Assembly: GCA_049975685.1 (NCBI GenBank)
Contig: JBNGDR010000001.1
Coordinates: forward strand, 1-31,883
DNA from: Anaerolineae bacterium
GTDB taxonomy: Bacteria; Chloroflexota; Anaerolineae; B4-G1; SLSP01
Direction of reading: 5' to 3'
Length of the DNA: 31,883 nt
The translations under genes and the position numbers were made by a program. The notes below the pieces were generated by a model. That model made no database searches. It had not been told where the DNA came from and was given only the letters and a program-made list of their open reading frames with translations. This document shows, one piece after another, positions 18,797 to 26,779 of this stretch. How positions within the stretch are numbered: position 1 is the first letter of the stretch; every line of letters starts with the position of its first letter.

Positions 18797-19864
18797 TCAA
18801 GGTTCCTTCCTTGATAAACCCAAACTCCACGCCCAGCGCTCTCTCCACTTACCTTGGGTCAGATTCGCAAAGCGCATCCAGGCTGCTACACCCCCCATCA
18901 GAACCAGAGGGGCCACAAGAATGATATTGAGTATCAATCCCAGAGCCGTCGCGTCGGAACGTGGAACGCCAAACCATCCCAGCGTCAATACCGTCACCGC
19001 TCCGATGACCCCGACGAGGGCCGGAGGAGTAGGCACCAGGTTGCTCAAATAGATGGCCAGCGAGAGCATCAGAGCCACGTACCAGCTCGACATCAAGCCG
19101 AAGGCCTCCAGCATAAAGTACATGGTCAAGATGGAAGCAAGCCAGATGGCGGCAGTGAAGCCAAAGACGGGCAGGGCCGTTCGGAGGCCGGTCAGTGCTC
19201 CCAGACCGTCCAACAGATCTGATGCCAGCTTGGTCAGTCTCTCGCGCCAGGCGCCAGGCAACAAGCCTCCAAAGCCCAATACGGAGACTATCCGGGCCTT
19301 GAGCCACCCACGCACCCGCCAGAGAACCATGAGACCCACCAGAAGCACAGCACCACTGATCCCCATCTGCATGCCCGATTGCGCAGGAAACCACTCGGGG
19401 AGGATCGACACGGGGGCGCCTACCAGCAACAGGAGAAACCCCACCGAGAAGAGATCGAGCGATTTTTCCACGACGATGGTGCTGAGGGTCACCCCTGGTG
19501 CCGCGTCATCCTGCGCCATCAGACCGATGCGCGCCAGCTCACCCAGGCGGACAGGAATGAGCACATTGAGCATTTGAGCCGTCATAAGTGTGGGAAAAGT
19601 TCGCTTCCAGGACGGGGGGCGACGGTGCACAGGATAGAGATACCACCATCGGACGCCCTTCATTAAGGCCACCAGAACCACCGCGCCCACCGCGCCCGCC
19701 AACCAACCTGGGCTCATCCTACCCAATGCACTGCGCACCTGATCGAGATCGATCCCCCGCAGCGAGAGCCATAGGCAGAGAATACCGATAACGATACTGA
19801 TCGCGGCCCGCCCCAGATCCCCTCTGAGTGTCCGCCGCACTTCTTCTTTATCGCCAGATTCCAT
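18797..19864 (-). CDS. UPF0104 / lysylphosphatidylglycerol-synthase-TM flippase-like membrane protein
   Basis: MKGVRWWYL, LNVLIPVRLGELAR, STIVVEKSLD, LVPTPPALVG. About 8 TM helices. Confidence 0.85.
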   Translation of the reverse strand: MESGDKEEVRRTLRGDLGRAAISIVIGILCLWLSLRGIDLDQVRSALGRMSPGWLAGAVGAVVLVALMKGVRWWYLYPVHRRPPSWKRTFPTLMTAQMLNVLIPVRLGELARIGLMAQDDAAPGVTLSTIVVEKSLDLFSVGFLLLLVGAPVSILPEWFPAQSGMQMGISGAVLLVGLMVLWRVRGWLKARIVSVLGFGGLLPGAWRERLTKLASDLLDGLGALTGLRTALPVFGFTAAIWLASILTMYFMLEAFGLMSSWYVALMLSLAIYLSNLVPTPPALVGVIGAVTVLTLGWFGVPRSDATALGLILNIILVAPLVLMGGVAAWMRFANLTQGKWRERWAWSLGLSRKEP

Positions 19865-19867
19865 TTT

Positions 19868-21232
19868 CTACTGCCCCACTATTTCCATCCAGGTTCGGCC
19901 CAACGACGTCCATTCACCCGTCTCCAGATCCACCAGATTACCCGTTGCATAATACGGATCGGCCAGACTGAACCAGCACCAGCGCTGCACCAGACCACCG
20001 CCTTCTGCCGTGTTCATGAAGTGGGTGGTCTCCCTCAGGAAGTTAGCCACCCGCTCCGGTGGAAAACCGTAGTCCGCGGGCATAGGGATGCCGAACTCTG
20101 ACACAATCAGAGATAACCCACCATATCCCCGTGATGACATCCAACCTCGGAATTCATATAATTGCTGTTTGAAACGCTCTATGTTACCCGAATCATCTAC
20201 CGAGTATAACACACCCTGATTATCCGTGAACCCAGGGGGGATATCTACCCCCCACGAATCTCGCTCCTCACGCAGCATGTAATTGTGGATATGCCAGGCC
20301 TGCGCGGGCAGCGGTTCGCCGAACTGTGCCACGTAGGACTCCAGCACCCGATCCAGGTAGCGAAGACGCAATGGCGTTGGCTGGGCGATACCTCCGGCGG
20401 CGACGGTCGCACCCGGATCGCCCGCTTTGATAGCGCGGTATGCCTCATGGTAGAGGCGTGCGTACACCTCCGGTGTGACGTTATCCTGCCACTTCACGTC
20501 CGGTTCGTTGCTTATCAACCAGAGCGCCCCGGGATTTGCCGCGGCGATAGCGCTCAAGGTCGCTCCATCGAAAGCCAGGTGCCCATCTCTCATCCGAACC
20601 GTCTGTGCAAACTGCACACCTGGCGGAACGGGCGGCGCGCTGTAGGCACGCCAATTCATGATCCATCCCACCCCCAACGCCGTCAAATCGTAACTCAGAG
20701 GTGAGCCCTTCGCCACCGAGACGCCCACCCGCCACGATCCCTGGGTCACGGGGGCCGAGGTGGATTCCGGTGTCGACGTCCGCGCGATCGATGGCTCTGG
20801 GGTGAAGGTGGCGGTACCCGGGTATGTCGTGGGGGTCCCTAATGCGGTAGCGGTCGACGTGGCGGTGGGAGCCAGATCACCCGGCTTTGCCGAAGCCGTG
20901 GGGTCAGACTCAGTGTGCGTTCGCGTGGCCCTGACCGTGATCGAGGGCGTGACGGTGGGCACCGAGTTCGGCGTGGCCGAAGGCGAGTGCATCGGCTTCG
21001 CCGTAGGGAAGAGCCTCTCTGAAGTCGGTGTGATCGTGGGCACAATCGGCTCTGGCGTTGTACTTGCTCCACCCAATGCCACAGACGTGCCTGGCGTCGG
21101 ACCGAGACCGGGCGCCTCGCGTGATGGTATGAGGGCAGCCCCTGTCAGAGAGGCCCACACTATCAACACAACACCCAGTAGAGTGAGAGCCCATCCCACC
21201 CGATAGAGGAGCTGTTTACCTTCACCCAACAT
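19868..21232 (-). CDS. Membrane-anchored clan GH-A-like hydrolase on a long Pro/Thr/Ser-rich stalk
   Basis: N-terminal TM, about 130 aa of PT/ST-rich linker, then WLISNEPD...LIVSEFG...LVQRWCWFSL. Paralogous to 7764..9278. Confidence 0.8.
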   Translation of the reverse strand: MLGEGKQLLYRVGWALTLLGVVLIVWASLTGAALIPSREAPGLGPTPGTSVALGGASTTPEPIVPTITPTSERLFPTAKPMHSPSATPNSVPTVTPSITVRATRTHTESDPTASAKPGDLAPTATSTATALGTPTTYPGTATFTPEPSIARTSTPESTSAPVTQGSWRVGVSVAKGSPLSYDLTALGVGWIMNWRAYSAPPVPPGVQFAQTVRMRDGHLAFDGATLSAIAAANPGALWLISNEPDVKWQDNVTPEVYARLYHEAYRAIKAGDPGATVAAGGIAQPTPLRLRYLDRVLESYVAQFGEPLPAQAWHIHNYMLREERDSWGVDIPPGFTDNQGVLYSVDDSGNIERFKQQLYEFRGWMSSRGYGGLSLIVSEFGIPMPADYGFPPERVANFLRETTHFMNTAEGGGLVQRWCWFSLADPYYATGNLVDLETGEWTSLGRTWMEIVGQ

Positions 21233-21286
21233 TATGCCCCCCGAGATATACGCCTCGCTTTCCAGAACCCAGCTATTGGAAGAGTC

Positions 21287-21315
21287 ATTATACCCATAAA
21301 CAGCTCGCTATGCAA
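21287..21315 (-). promoter_or_regulatory. Sigma70-type promoter heading the 14-gene glycosylation operon
   Basis: Minus strand TTGCAT (21315-21310), 17-nt spacer, TATAAT (21292-21287). Confidence 0.75.
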
Positions 21316-21339
21316 TGCGCCGGTTGAAGTCGAGGTTGG

Positions 21340-21367
21340 TTGCGATCCCCCTCCGCTATGCTATAAT
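21340..21367 (+). promoter_or_regulatory. Sigma70-type promoter for glmU
   Basis: TTGCGA (21340-45), 16-nt spacer, extended -10 TGc-TATAAT (21362-67). Confidence 0.75.
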
Positions 21368-21380
21368 CAGAACCAGTCAA

Positions 21381-21490
21381 AGCCCATTAGATTCAAGTAC
21401 GTCTGGGGGCTATATCAAGAAACATATGTGATGGGGACCTGGAATGGAAAGCCAAGCGCTGGAAAAGCCGGGTCTTTTTTTGTCCCATCA
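21381..21490 (+). promoter_or_regulatory. Structured 5' leader of glmU with terminator-like hairpin and U7 tract
   Basis: Hairpin 21381-21411. GACCTGG (21436-42) pairs with CCGGGTC (21468-74), followed by T7 (21475-81). Outer TGATGGG pairs with CCCATCA. Confidence 0.5.
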
Positions 21491-21520
21491 GTCAGACCAC
21501 GATCAAGGAGATGGATTCCT

Positions 21521-22918
21521 ATGCTTTCTGTCATTATTTTGGCCGCCGGCAAGAGTACCCGCTTTAAATCAGAGACACCTAAGGTACTTCATCCACTGGG
21601 TGGTCGCCCTATGCTTCAATACACGCTGGATCTGGCCAATAAGCTAACCGCCGAGCCACCTATCGTCGTAGTGGGACCAGAGACCGAGCAGCACATCCGG
21701 GACTGGGCTGGGGAGCGTGCTCGTTGCGTGCTGCAACAAGAACGCCGGGGGACCGGTCACGCCGTTCAGCAAGCCCAACCGTTGCTCCAGGGACGGGCAG
21801 ATCAGATACTCGTCCTCTACGGAGATATGCCCCTCTTGAGGGTCGATACAGTGCGGCACCTTGTAGCCATCCAGAAAGAAACCGAGGCAACCATTGCCCT
21901 GCTGACCATCGAGCGGGACAATCCCAGAGGCTTCGGGCGCATCGTGCGCGACGCCGACGACCGCATTAGGGCCATCGTCGAGGAGGCGGAGGCTACCCCG
22001 GAAATCGCCGCCATCCGTGAGCTCAACACAGGCGTAGCCGTCTTTGCCGCCGATTTCCTCTGGTCTCACTTGGCTGAGCTGAAACCCAGCCCCCGCAAAG
22101 GCGAATACTACCTCACCGATCTCATCGGAATAGCCGTGGCTGAAGACCGCCCCGTGGAAGGACTCCAGATGGAAGAGCCCTCCGAGGGATTGGGAATCAA
22201 TACCCGCGTCGACCTCAGTGCTGCCACCGCCGCCCTTCGGCGCAGGGTTAACGAAGAGCTCATGCTCTCCGGCGTCACCTTCGTCGATCCTGCCACCACC
22301 TACGTTGATGTAGGAGTGACGGTCGGACGGGATACCATCATCTATCCTAACACCCACTTGCACGGCGAAACTACCATCGGCGAAGCCTGCGAAATCGGAC
22401 CTAACACCATCATCGAAAACTGCACCATCGGTAATCACTGCCGTGTCACCGTCTCGGTGCTCGAAAACGCCGTGATGGAAGATGATAGTAATATCGGCCC
22501 CTTTGGTCATCTACGTACAGGAGCTCGACTCTCCAGGGGGGCTCACATGGGCAATTTCGGTGAAATGAAAAACAGCACCCTGGGTCCAAATTCCAAGATG
22601 GGCCACTTTAGCTACCTGGGTGACGCGGACGTAGGTGCTAACGTCAACATCGGCGCGGGCACCATCACCTGCAACTTCGATGGTAAGAACAAGCATCCTA
22701 CAACTATAGAGGATGGCGTTTTCATTGGCTCCGACACCATGCTTGTTGCACCCGTGCGGATAAGTGCAGGGGCTCGAACGGGCGCCGGTTCTGTTGTCAC
22801 CCGAGATCTCCCCTCCAACAGCCTGGCCTACGGCGTGCCCGCCCGCATCGTGCAACCCAAGCCGCGCCCCACAATCGAAGAATCCGAGGAGAGTGAAACA
22901 GATGGGGAGTGCGACTAA
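21521..22918 (+). CDS. glmU: Bifunctional UDP-N-acetylglucosamine pyrophosphorylase / glucosamine-1-phosphate N-acetyltransferase
   Basis: IILAAGKSTRFKS, KVLH, GTGHAV, LYGDMPL, GFGRI, GEYYLTD, GINTR, hexapeptide repeats, GNFGEMK, HFSYLGDA, GAGTITCNFDG. RBS AAGGAG. Confidence 0.97.
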   Translation: MLSVIILAAGKSTRFKSETPKVLHPLGGRPMLQYTLDLANKLTAEPPIVVVGPETEQHIRDWAGERARCVLQQERRGTGHAVQQAQPLLQGRADQILVLYGDMPLLRVDTVRHLVAIQKETEATIALLTIERDNPRGFGRIVRDADDRIRAIVEEAEATPEIAAIRELNTGVAVFAADFLWSHLAELKPSPRKGEYYLTDLIGIAVAEDRPVEGLQMEEPSEGLGINTRVDLSAATAALRRRVNEELMLSGVTFVDPATTYVDVGVTVGRDTIIYPNTHLHGETTIGEACEIGPNTIIENCTIGNHCRVTVSVLENAVMEDDSNIGPFGHLRTGARLSRGAHMGNFGEMKNSTLGPNSKMGHFSYLGDADVGANVNIGAGTITCNFDGKNKHPTTIEDGVFIGSDTMLVAPVRISAGARTGAGSVVTRDLPSNSLAYGVPARIVQPKPRPTIEESEESETDGECD

Positions 22919-24167
22919 CATGCTCTGGTTCCCGATCTTGCTCCTCGCTCTACAGGCGGTACTGACAGCATTCCGGACGGTCCTCACCCACCCCCGTCGA
23001 GAATGGGATGAGGAGCGGAGGTTGGACCTGCTCCGGGGACCGGATATCACCCGGCTGAGCGCCAGCCTCGATTTCCTTCAGCTGTTGGCAACGGGTGTCT
23101 ATTTCATTGTGGGATTCGTCGGTTGGAGCCCCCTATTGAGCGAGTACGAGCAGCGCCTCTTCCCCGCTGGCAACCGCTGGTTCTTACCGCTGACTCAGGC
23201 TCTGTTAGTGATCATCCTTGGCTGGATCAGCCTCATCCTGGGCCGACTGGGACCCGAAGCCATGGGAAAGGCCCTGGTACTTAATCAGCGGAAGCGCGTC
23301 GAAGTCCTCACTCGAAATATGCACGTGCTGGTGCAGCCCTTCTCACGATCGGCGTTGGCCCTGGGGAACCTGATCGCACGCCGGTTCGGCGGCACACCAC
23401 TGGAACGCAGCACCGTCATCACGGAGGAGGAGATCCAATCTCTGGTAACCGCCGGGGAAGAAACAGGCGTTATCGAGGAGGACGCCCGGGAGATGATTAC
23501 CTCCATCTTCCGCCTGGATGACACCATCACGAGAGAGGTGATGGTACCCCGCATCGATATCGTCGCTATTGACGTAAAGAGTTCACCTGAGGATGCACTG
23601 GCGCGGGTAGTGAAAAGCGGCCACTCTCGTATCCCCGTTTATGAGCAGACTATTGACCATGTCATCGGTATTCTCTATGCCAAGGATCTACTAGAGTTCC
23701 AGTGCAAATGTGAGAAGATCCCCTCTCTCCGTGAGATATTGCGCCCTGCCCACTTTATCCCTGAGGCCAAGCGGCTCGATAATCTGCTCAAGGAGTTACA
23801 GGAGACCAAGGTCCAGATCGCCATTGTGGTGGACGAGTACGGCGGCGTTGCCGGTTTGGTGACTCTGGAAGACGTAGTTGAGGAAATCGTAGGAGAGATT
23901 CAGGACGAATATGATCGGGAGGAACCCGAGGTCGTCCGAGCGGAAGACGCCTATATCTTCGATGGTCGCATTCCCCTGGACGACGTACAGGATTTGCTCC
24001 ATATTCCTCTCCCCCTTGAGGAGGTAGACTCACTGGGCGGATTCATCTACAACGAGTTGGGTCATATTCCTCAGGTGGGCGAAAGGGTAACCGTTCACAA
24101 CGTTGAATTCGAAGTTCGAGAGATCAGCGGACGTCGTATCCGCAAGATCAAAGCCACACCTCTGTGA
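22902..24167 (+). CDS. Hemolysin-family / CNNM (DUF21)-CBS-CorC_HlyC protein
   Basis: Three N-terminal TM helices, ITEEEI, EVMVPRIDIV, SGHSRIPVY, VVDEYGGVAGLVTLEDVVEEIVGEIQDEYD, SLGGFI. Start is ATG 22902 or 22920. Confidence 0.9.
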   Translation: MGSATNMLWFPILLLALQAVLTAFRTVLTHPRREWDEERRLDLLRGPDITRLSASLDFLQLLATGVYFIVGFVGWSPLLSEYEQRLFPAGNRWFLPLTQALLVIILGWISLILGRLGPEAMGKALVLNQRKRVEVLTRNMHVLVQPFSRSALALGNLIARRFGGTPLERSTVITEEEIQSLVTAGEETGVIEEDAREMITSIFRLDDTITREVMVPRIDIVAIDVKSSPEDALARVVKSGHSRIPVYEQTIDHVIGILYAKDLLEFQCKCEKIPSLREILRPAHFIPEAKRLDNLLKELQETKVQIAIVVDEYGGVAGLVTLEDVVEEIVGEIQDEYDREEPEVVRAEDAYIFDGRIPLDDVQDLLHIPLPLEEVDSLGGFIYNELGHIPQVGERVTVHNVEFEVREISGRRIRKIKATPL

Positions 24168-24194
24168 TAGGAAGAGAGAAAAGGAAACGTACTC

Positions 24195-24602
24195 ATGAAC
24201 CCAACGCAGATCAAGCGCAAGGAACTGGTTGCGCGGGCCATTGAGGCCCGCGAACGTGCCTACGCCCCCTACTCCAAGTACAGGGTAGGTGCGGCAGTGC
24301 AGACAAAGGATGGTCGGATCTTCACAGGCGCCAACGTTGAGAATGCCGTCTACCCCCTCTGCATCTGCGGCGAGCGTGTCGCCATTGCCACCGCCGTTGC
24401 CGCAGGGGCACGCGAAATATCGGCCTTGGCCGTAGCGACTGAAAACGCAGGGAGTCCCTGTGGCTCCTGCCGCCAGGTGATGCGCGAGTTCGGCACCCCA
24501 GAGATGCCTATACTCATTGCCCGCGCTGACGGATCTTACCGAGAGCGAACCCTGGGAGAGCTCCTGCCCGAAAGCTTCTCATCCCAAGATCTCCAAGAGT
24601 AG
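24195..24602 (+). CDS. cdd: Cytidine deaminase
   Basis: AYAPYSKYRVGAA, GANVENAVY, CGERVA, SPCGSCRQVMREF, ELLPESF. Confidence 0.95.
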   Translation: MNPTQIKRKELVARAIEARERAYAPYSKYRVGAAVQTKDGRIFTGANVENAVYPLCICGERVAIATAVAAGAREISALAVATENAGSPCGSCRQVMREFGTPEMPILIARADGSYRERTLGELLPESFSSQDLQE

Positions 24603-24621
24603 ATCCAAATTACACTTTACG

Positions 24622-24658
24622 AAGAACCTCCCGCAACACTCGCTTGCGGGAGGTTCTT
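24622..24658. terminator. Bidirectional intrinsic terminator between convergent cdd and the membrane-protein gene
   Basis: Perfect 15-bp inverted repeat AAGAACCTCCCGCAA / TTGCGGGAGGTTCTT with a 7-nt loop. Confidence 0.85.
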
Positions 24659-24678
24659 TCATCTGTATTACTGCACGT

Positions 24679-25035
24679 CTATTCGTAGGATTCGTACTCT
24701 CCCGATGGCAGTTGCTCCCTGGCCCACAACGCCGTAAGTCGAGTATTCTCTTCGAGATCGATGAAGAGAGATATCATCTCACCCGCCGCAAAGATCATCA
24801 GGAAGTACAGGAGAGTGACGATGAGTCCTCCGATGAAACTGACAATACCGACGAGCAAAGAGCCCTCGGCGAAGGCCGGCTCTACACCCAGGCTCCGCCA
24901 GAGGGCCGGGCTACCGCCGGCCAGACCAAAGATCAGACCACCGATAGAGCCCAGCAAACCAAGGATGAGTACCAGCCAGGCCAGAATCTTCCACAAGATT
25001 GCCACGAAGTGCAACACGCGATACCGCTTTTCCAT
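24679..25035 (-). CDS. Small hypothetical membrane protein (2 TM)
   Basis: RBS AAGGAAGG, two hydrophobic helices, C-terminal GEMISLFIDLEENTR. Confidence 0.75.
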   Translation of the reverse strand: MEKRYRVLHFVAILWKILAWLVLILGLLGSIGGLIFGLAGGSPALWRSLGVEPAFAEGSLLVGIVSFIGGLIVTLLYFLMIFAAGEMISLFIDLEENTRLTALWAREQLPSGEYESYE

Positions 25036-25205
25036 GTGACCCTTCCTTTCGGGGTTGTTTGAGGTTATTACTCCCTCAGTTTATCACGATTTACTCCTCC
25101 ACACAACACCTGAACTCAGATATTCTCTTATCAGCCGTACTTTGGCTCCACTGAAATAACTGGTAAAACTCGGAGTTTCTGGACCCTTTTTCGGTAGAGT
25201 CAACT

Positions 25206-25233
25206 TTGGAAAGTTCTCAAAATCGGTTATGAT
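25206..25233 (+). promoter_or_regulatory. Possible promoter for alr
   Basis: TTGGAA (25206-11), 16-nt spacer, TATGAT (25228-33). The -35 lies inside the palindrome AACTTT-gg-AAAGTT. Confidence 0.45.
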
Positions 25234-25275
25234 GGTGAATACGGTCAGGAAACCAGGATTCGAGAGGAGACCGAG

Positions 25276-26505
25276 TTGGGCACTATCAAGTCACGGCAGA
25301 GGACGAGCCGCAATACCTGGACCCAGCATGAGAAGCGGGAGGCCGCTCCCAGAGGGATCCGTCACCCAAACACCGCTCCCCAGGGTGTGGTAACCTGGGC
25401 CGAGATCAACCTGGACGCCATTGCCGCCAACACGCGAGCCGTCAAAGATCTCGTGGGCCGTAAGACGGAGATCATCGCGGTTATCAAAGCCAATGCCTAT
25501 GGTCATGGTGAGGTCCCCGTCGCAGAGACGGTGTTGCGTAGCGGCGCCACCCGCCTCGCCGTCCACCGTACCATCGATGGAGTACGTTTGCGAGAAGCAG
25601 GTATCACCGCCCCCATCCTCATTCTGGGTTACACACCGCCCTCCGGTCTATCCCTTGTCGTGAACCATCAACTTACCCCCACCGTCATCGACCGTGAGAT
25701 CGCCTTACGCCTTAACGATGAAGCGGATGAACCTATCCCCATCCACGTCAAGGTAGATACCGGCATGAGTCGCTACGGACTCTTTCCTGAGGAAGTTCTG
25801 GATTTCGTGCACTTCGTCCGATCGTTACCTCGGGTGACTCTCGACGGAATCTTCTCACATTTTGCAACCGCCGATGAGGCGGATCGGCGACCCATGCTGA
25901 AACAGTGGCATTGCTTTCAGGAGGTGCTGAAGACGTTAGAGCGGGCGAATATTCACATCCCTCTCCGTCACATTTGCAACAGCGCCGGCCTGCTGGTCCT
26001 CCCCGAGGCCCACCTGGATGCCGTGCGCCCTGGCCTTCTCCTCTACGGTCAGGATCCCTCCCCGGAATGTCGCGCTCCCTACCCACTTCGTCCCGCCCTT
26101 ACACTGAAGAGCATTGTCGTGCGGGTACGTGAGTTACCACCGGGCAGCGCCATCGGCTACGGGCGCGCCTATACTACGCAGGCCCCCATGACTGCAGCGC
26201 TGGTCCCCATCGGTTACGGTGACGGCTACCACCGCCTCATCACCAACCGGGGAGCGGTACTCATCCGCGGTCAACGGGCACCCGTTCGCGGTCGGGTGAG
26301 CATGGATCAGATCGTGGTCGACGTCAGCCATATTCCCGGCGTTGCCCTGGGCGACGAGGTTGTAGTCATCGGTGAACAGGGTGAAGCGCAGATCTCCGCG
26401 GAAGAGGTTGCCGAGTGGGCCGAGACCATCAACTACGAAGTACTCACGGCTCTCCATCCGCAGGTTGTGCGCACCTACCGCCGCCATGGGCGCCTCATCA
26501 CCTGA
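25276..26505 (+). CDS. alr: Alanine racemase
   Basis: WAEINLDAI, PLP-lysine motif AVIKANAYGHG, KVDTGMSRYG, SHFA, NSAG, VRPG, IGYG, GYGDG, GRVSMDQ, TINYE. TTG start behind AGGAG. Confidence 0.96.
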   Translation: MGTIKSRQRTSRNTWTQHEKREAAPRGIRHPNTAPQGVVTWAEINLDAIAANTRAVKDLVGRKTEIIAVIKANAYGHGEVPVAETVLRSGATRLAVHRTIDGVRLREAGITAPILILGYTPPSGLSLVVNHQLTPTVIDREIALRLNDEADEPIPIHVKVDTGMSRYGLFPEEVLDFVHFVRSLPRVTLDGIFSHFATADEADRRPMLKQWHCFQEVLKTLERANIHIPLRHICNSAGLLVLPEAHLDAVRPGLLLYGQDPSPECRAPYPLRPALTLKSIVVRVRELPPGSAIGYGRAYTTQAPMTAALVPIGYGDGYHRLITNRGAVLIRGQRAPVRGRVSMDQIVVDVSHIPGVALGDEVVVIGEQGEAQISAEEVAEWAETINYEVLTALHPQVVRTYRRHGRLIT

Positions 26506-26779
26506 TCTTCACCACCATCACCTCCTAATCCAACCGGCATATTCCTCAAATTTATGCTAAAATAGAGATACGAGCATAACGAGAAACGTACTGCTCATCA
26601 TTGAACACGGGATACCTCTGAACATACGACTCTAAACAGCTCGCAGCAGCACCCAAGGAGTTCCTAAATAGGCCACACCGACGATTAAGAAAACGCTGGA
26701 TCAGGCAAGAGGCCCGGTGGACTGGTTCCTAATCCCAGATCCCTGCTCACCGCTCACTATATTTTTCGAGGAGGAAGAG

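Noticed and set aside
21368-21520. glmS ribozyme or known riboswitch upstream of glmU
   Set aside because: None of the conserved cores I know (glmS, c-di-AMP, c-di-GMP, PRPP/ppGpp, preQ1, fluoride, T-box) is visible. Kept only as an unknown leader.
21644-22510. 288-aa minus-strand ORF antisense to glmU
   Set aside because: It mirrors glmU codon structure and has no independent evidence.
25276-25390. About 38-aa N-terminal extension on Alr
   Set aside because: The TTG start has a good RBS, but a later GTG start is also possible and the extension shows no motif.
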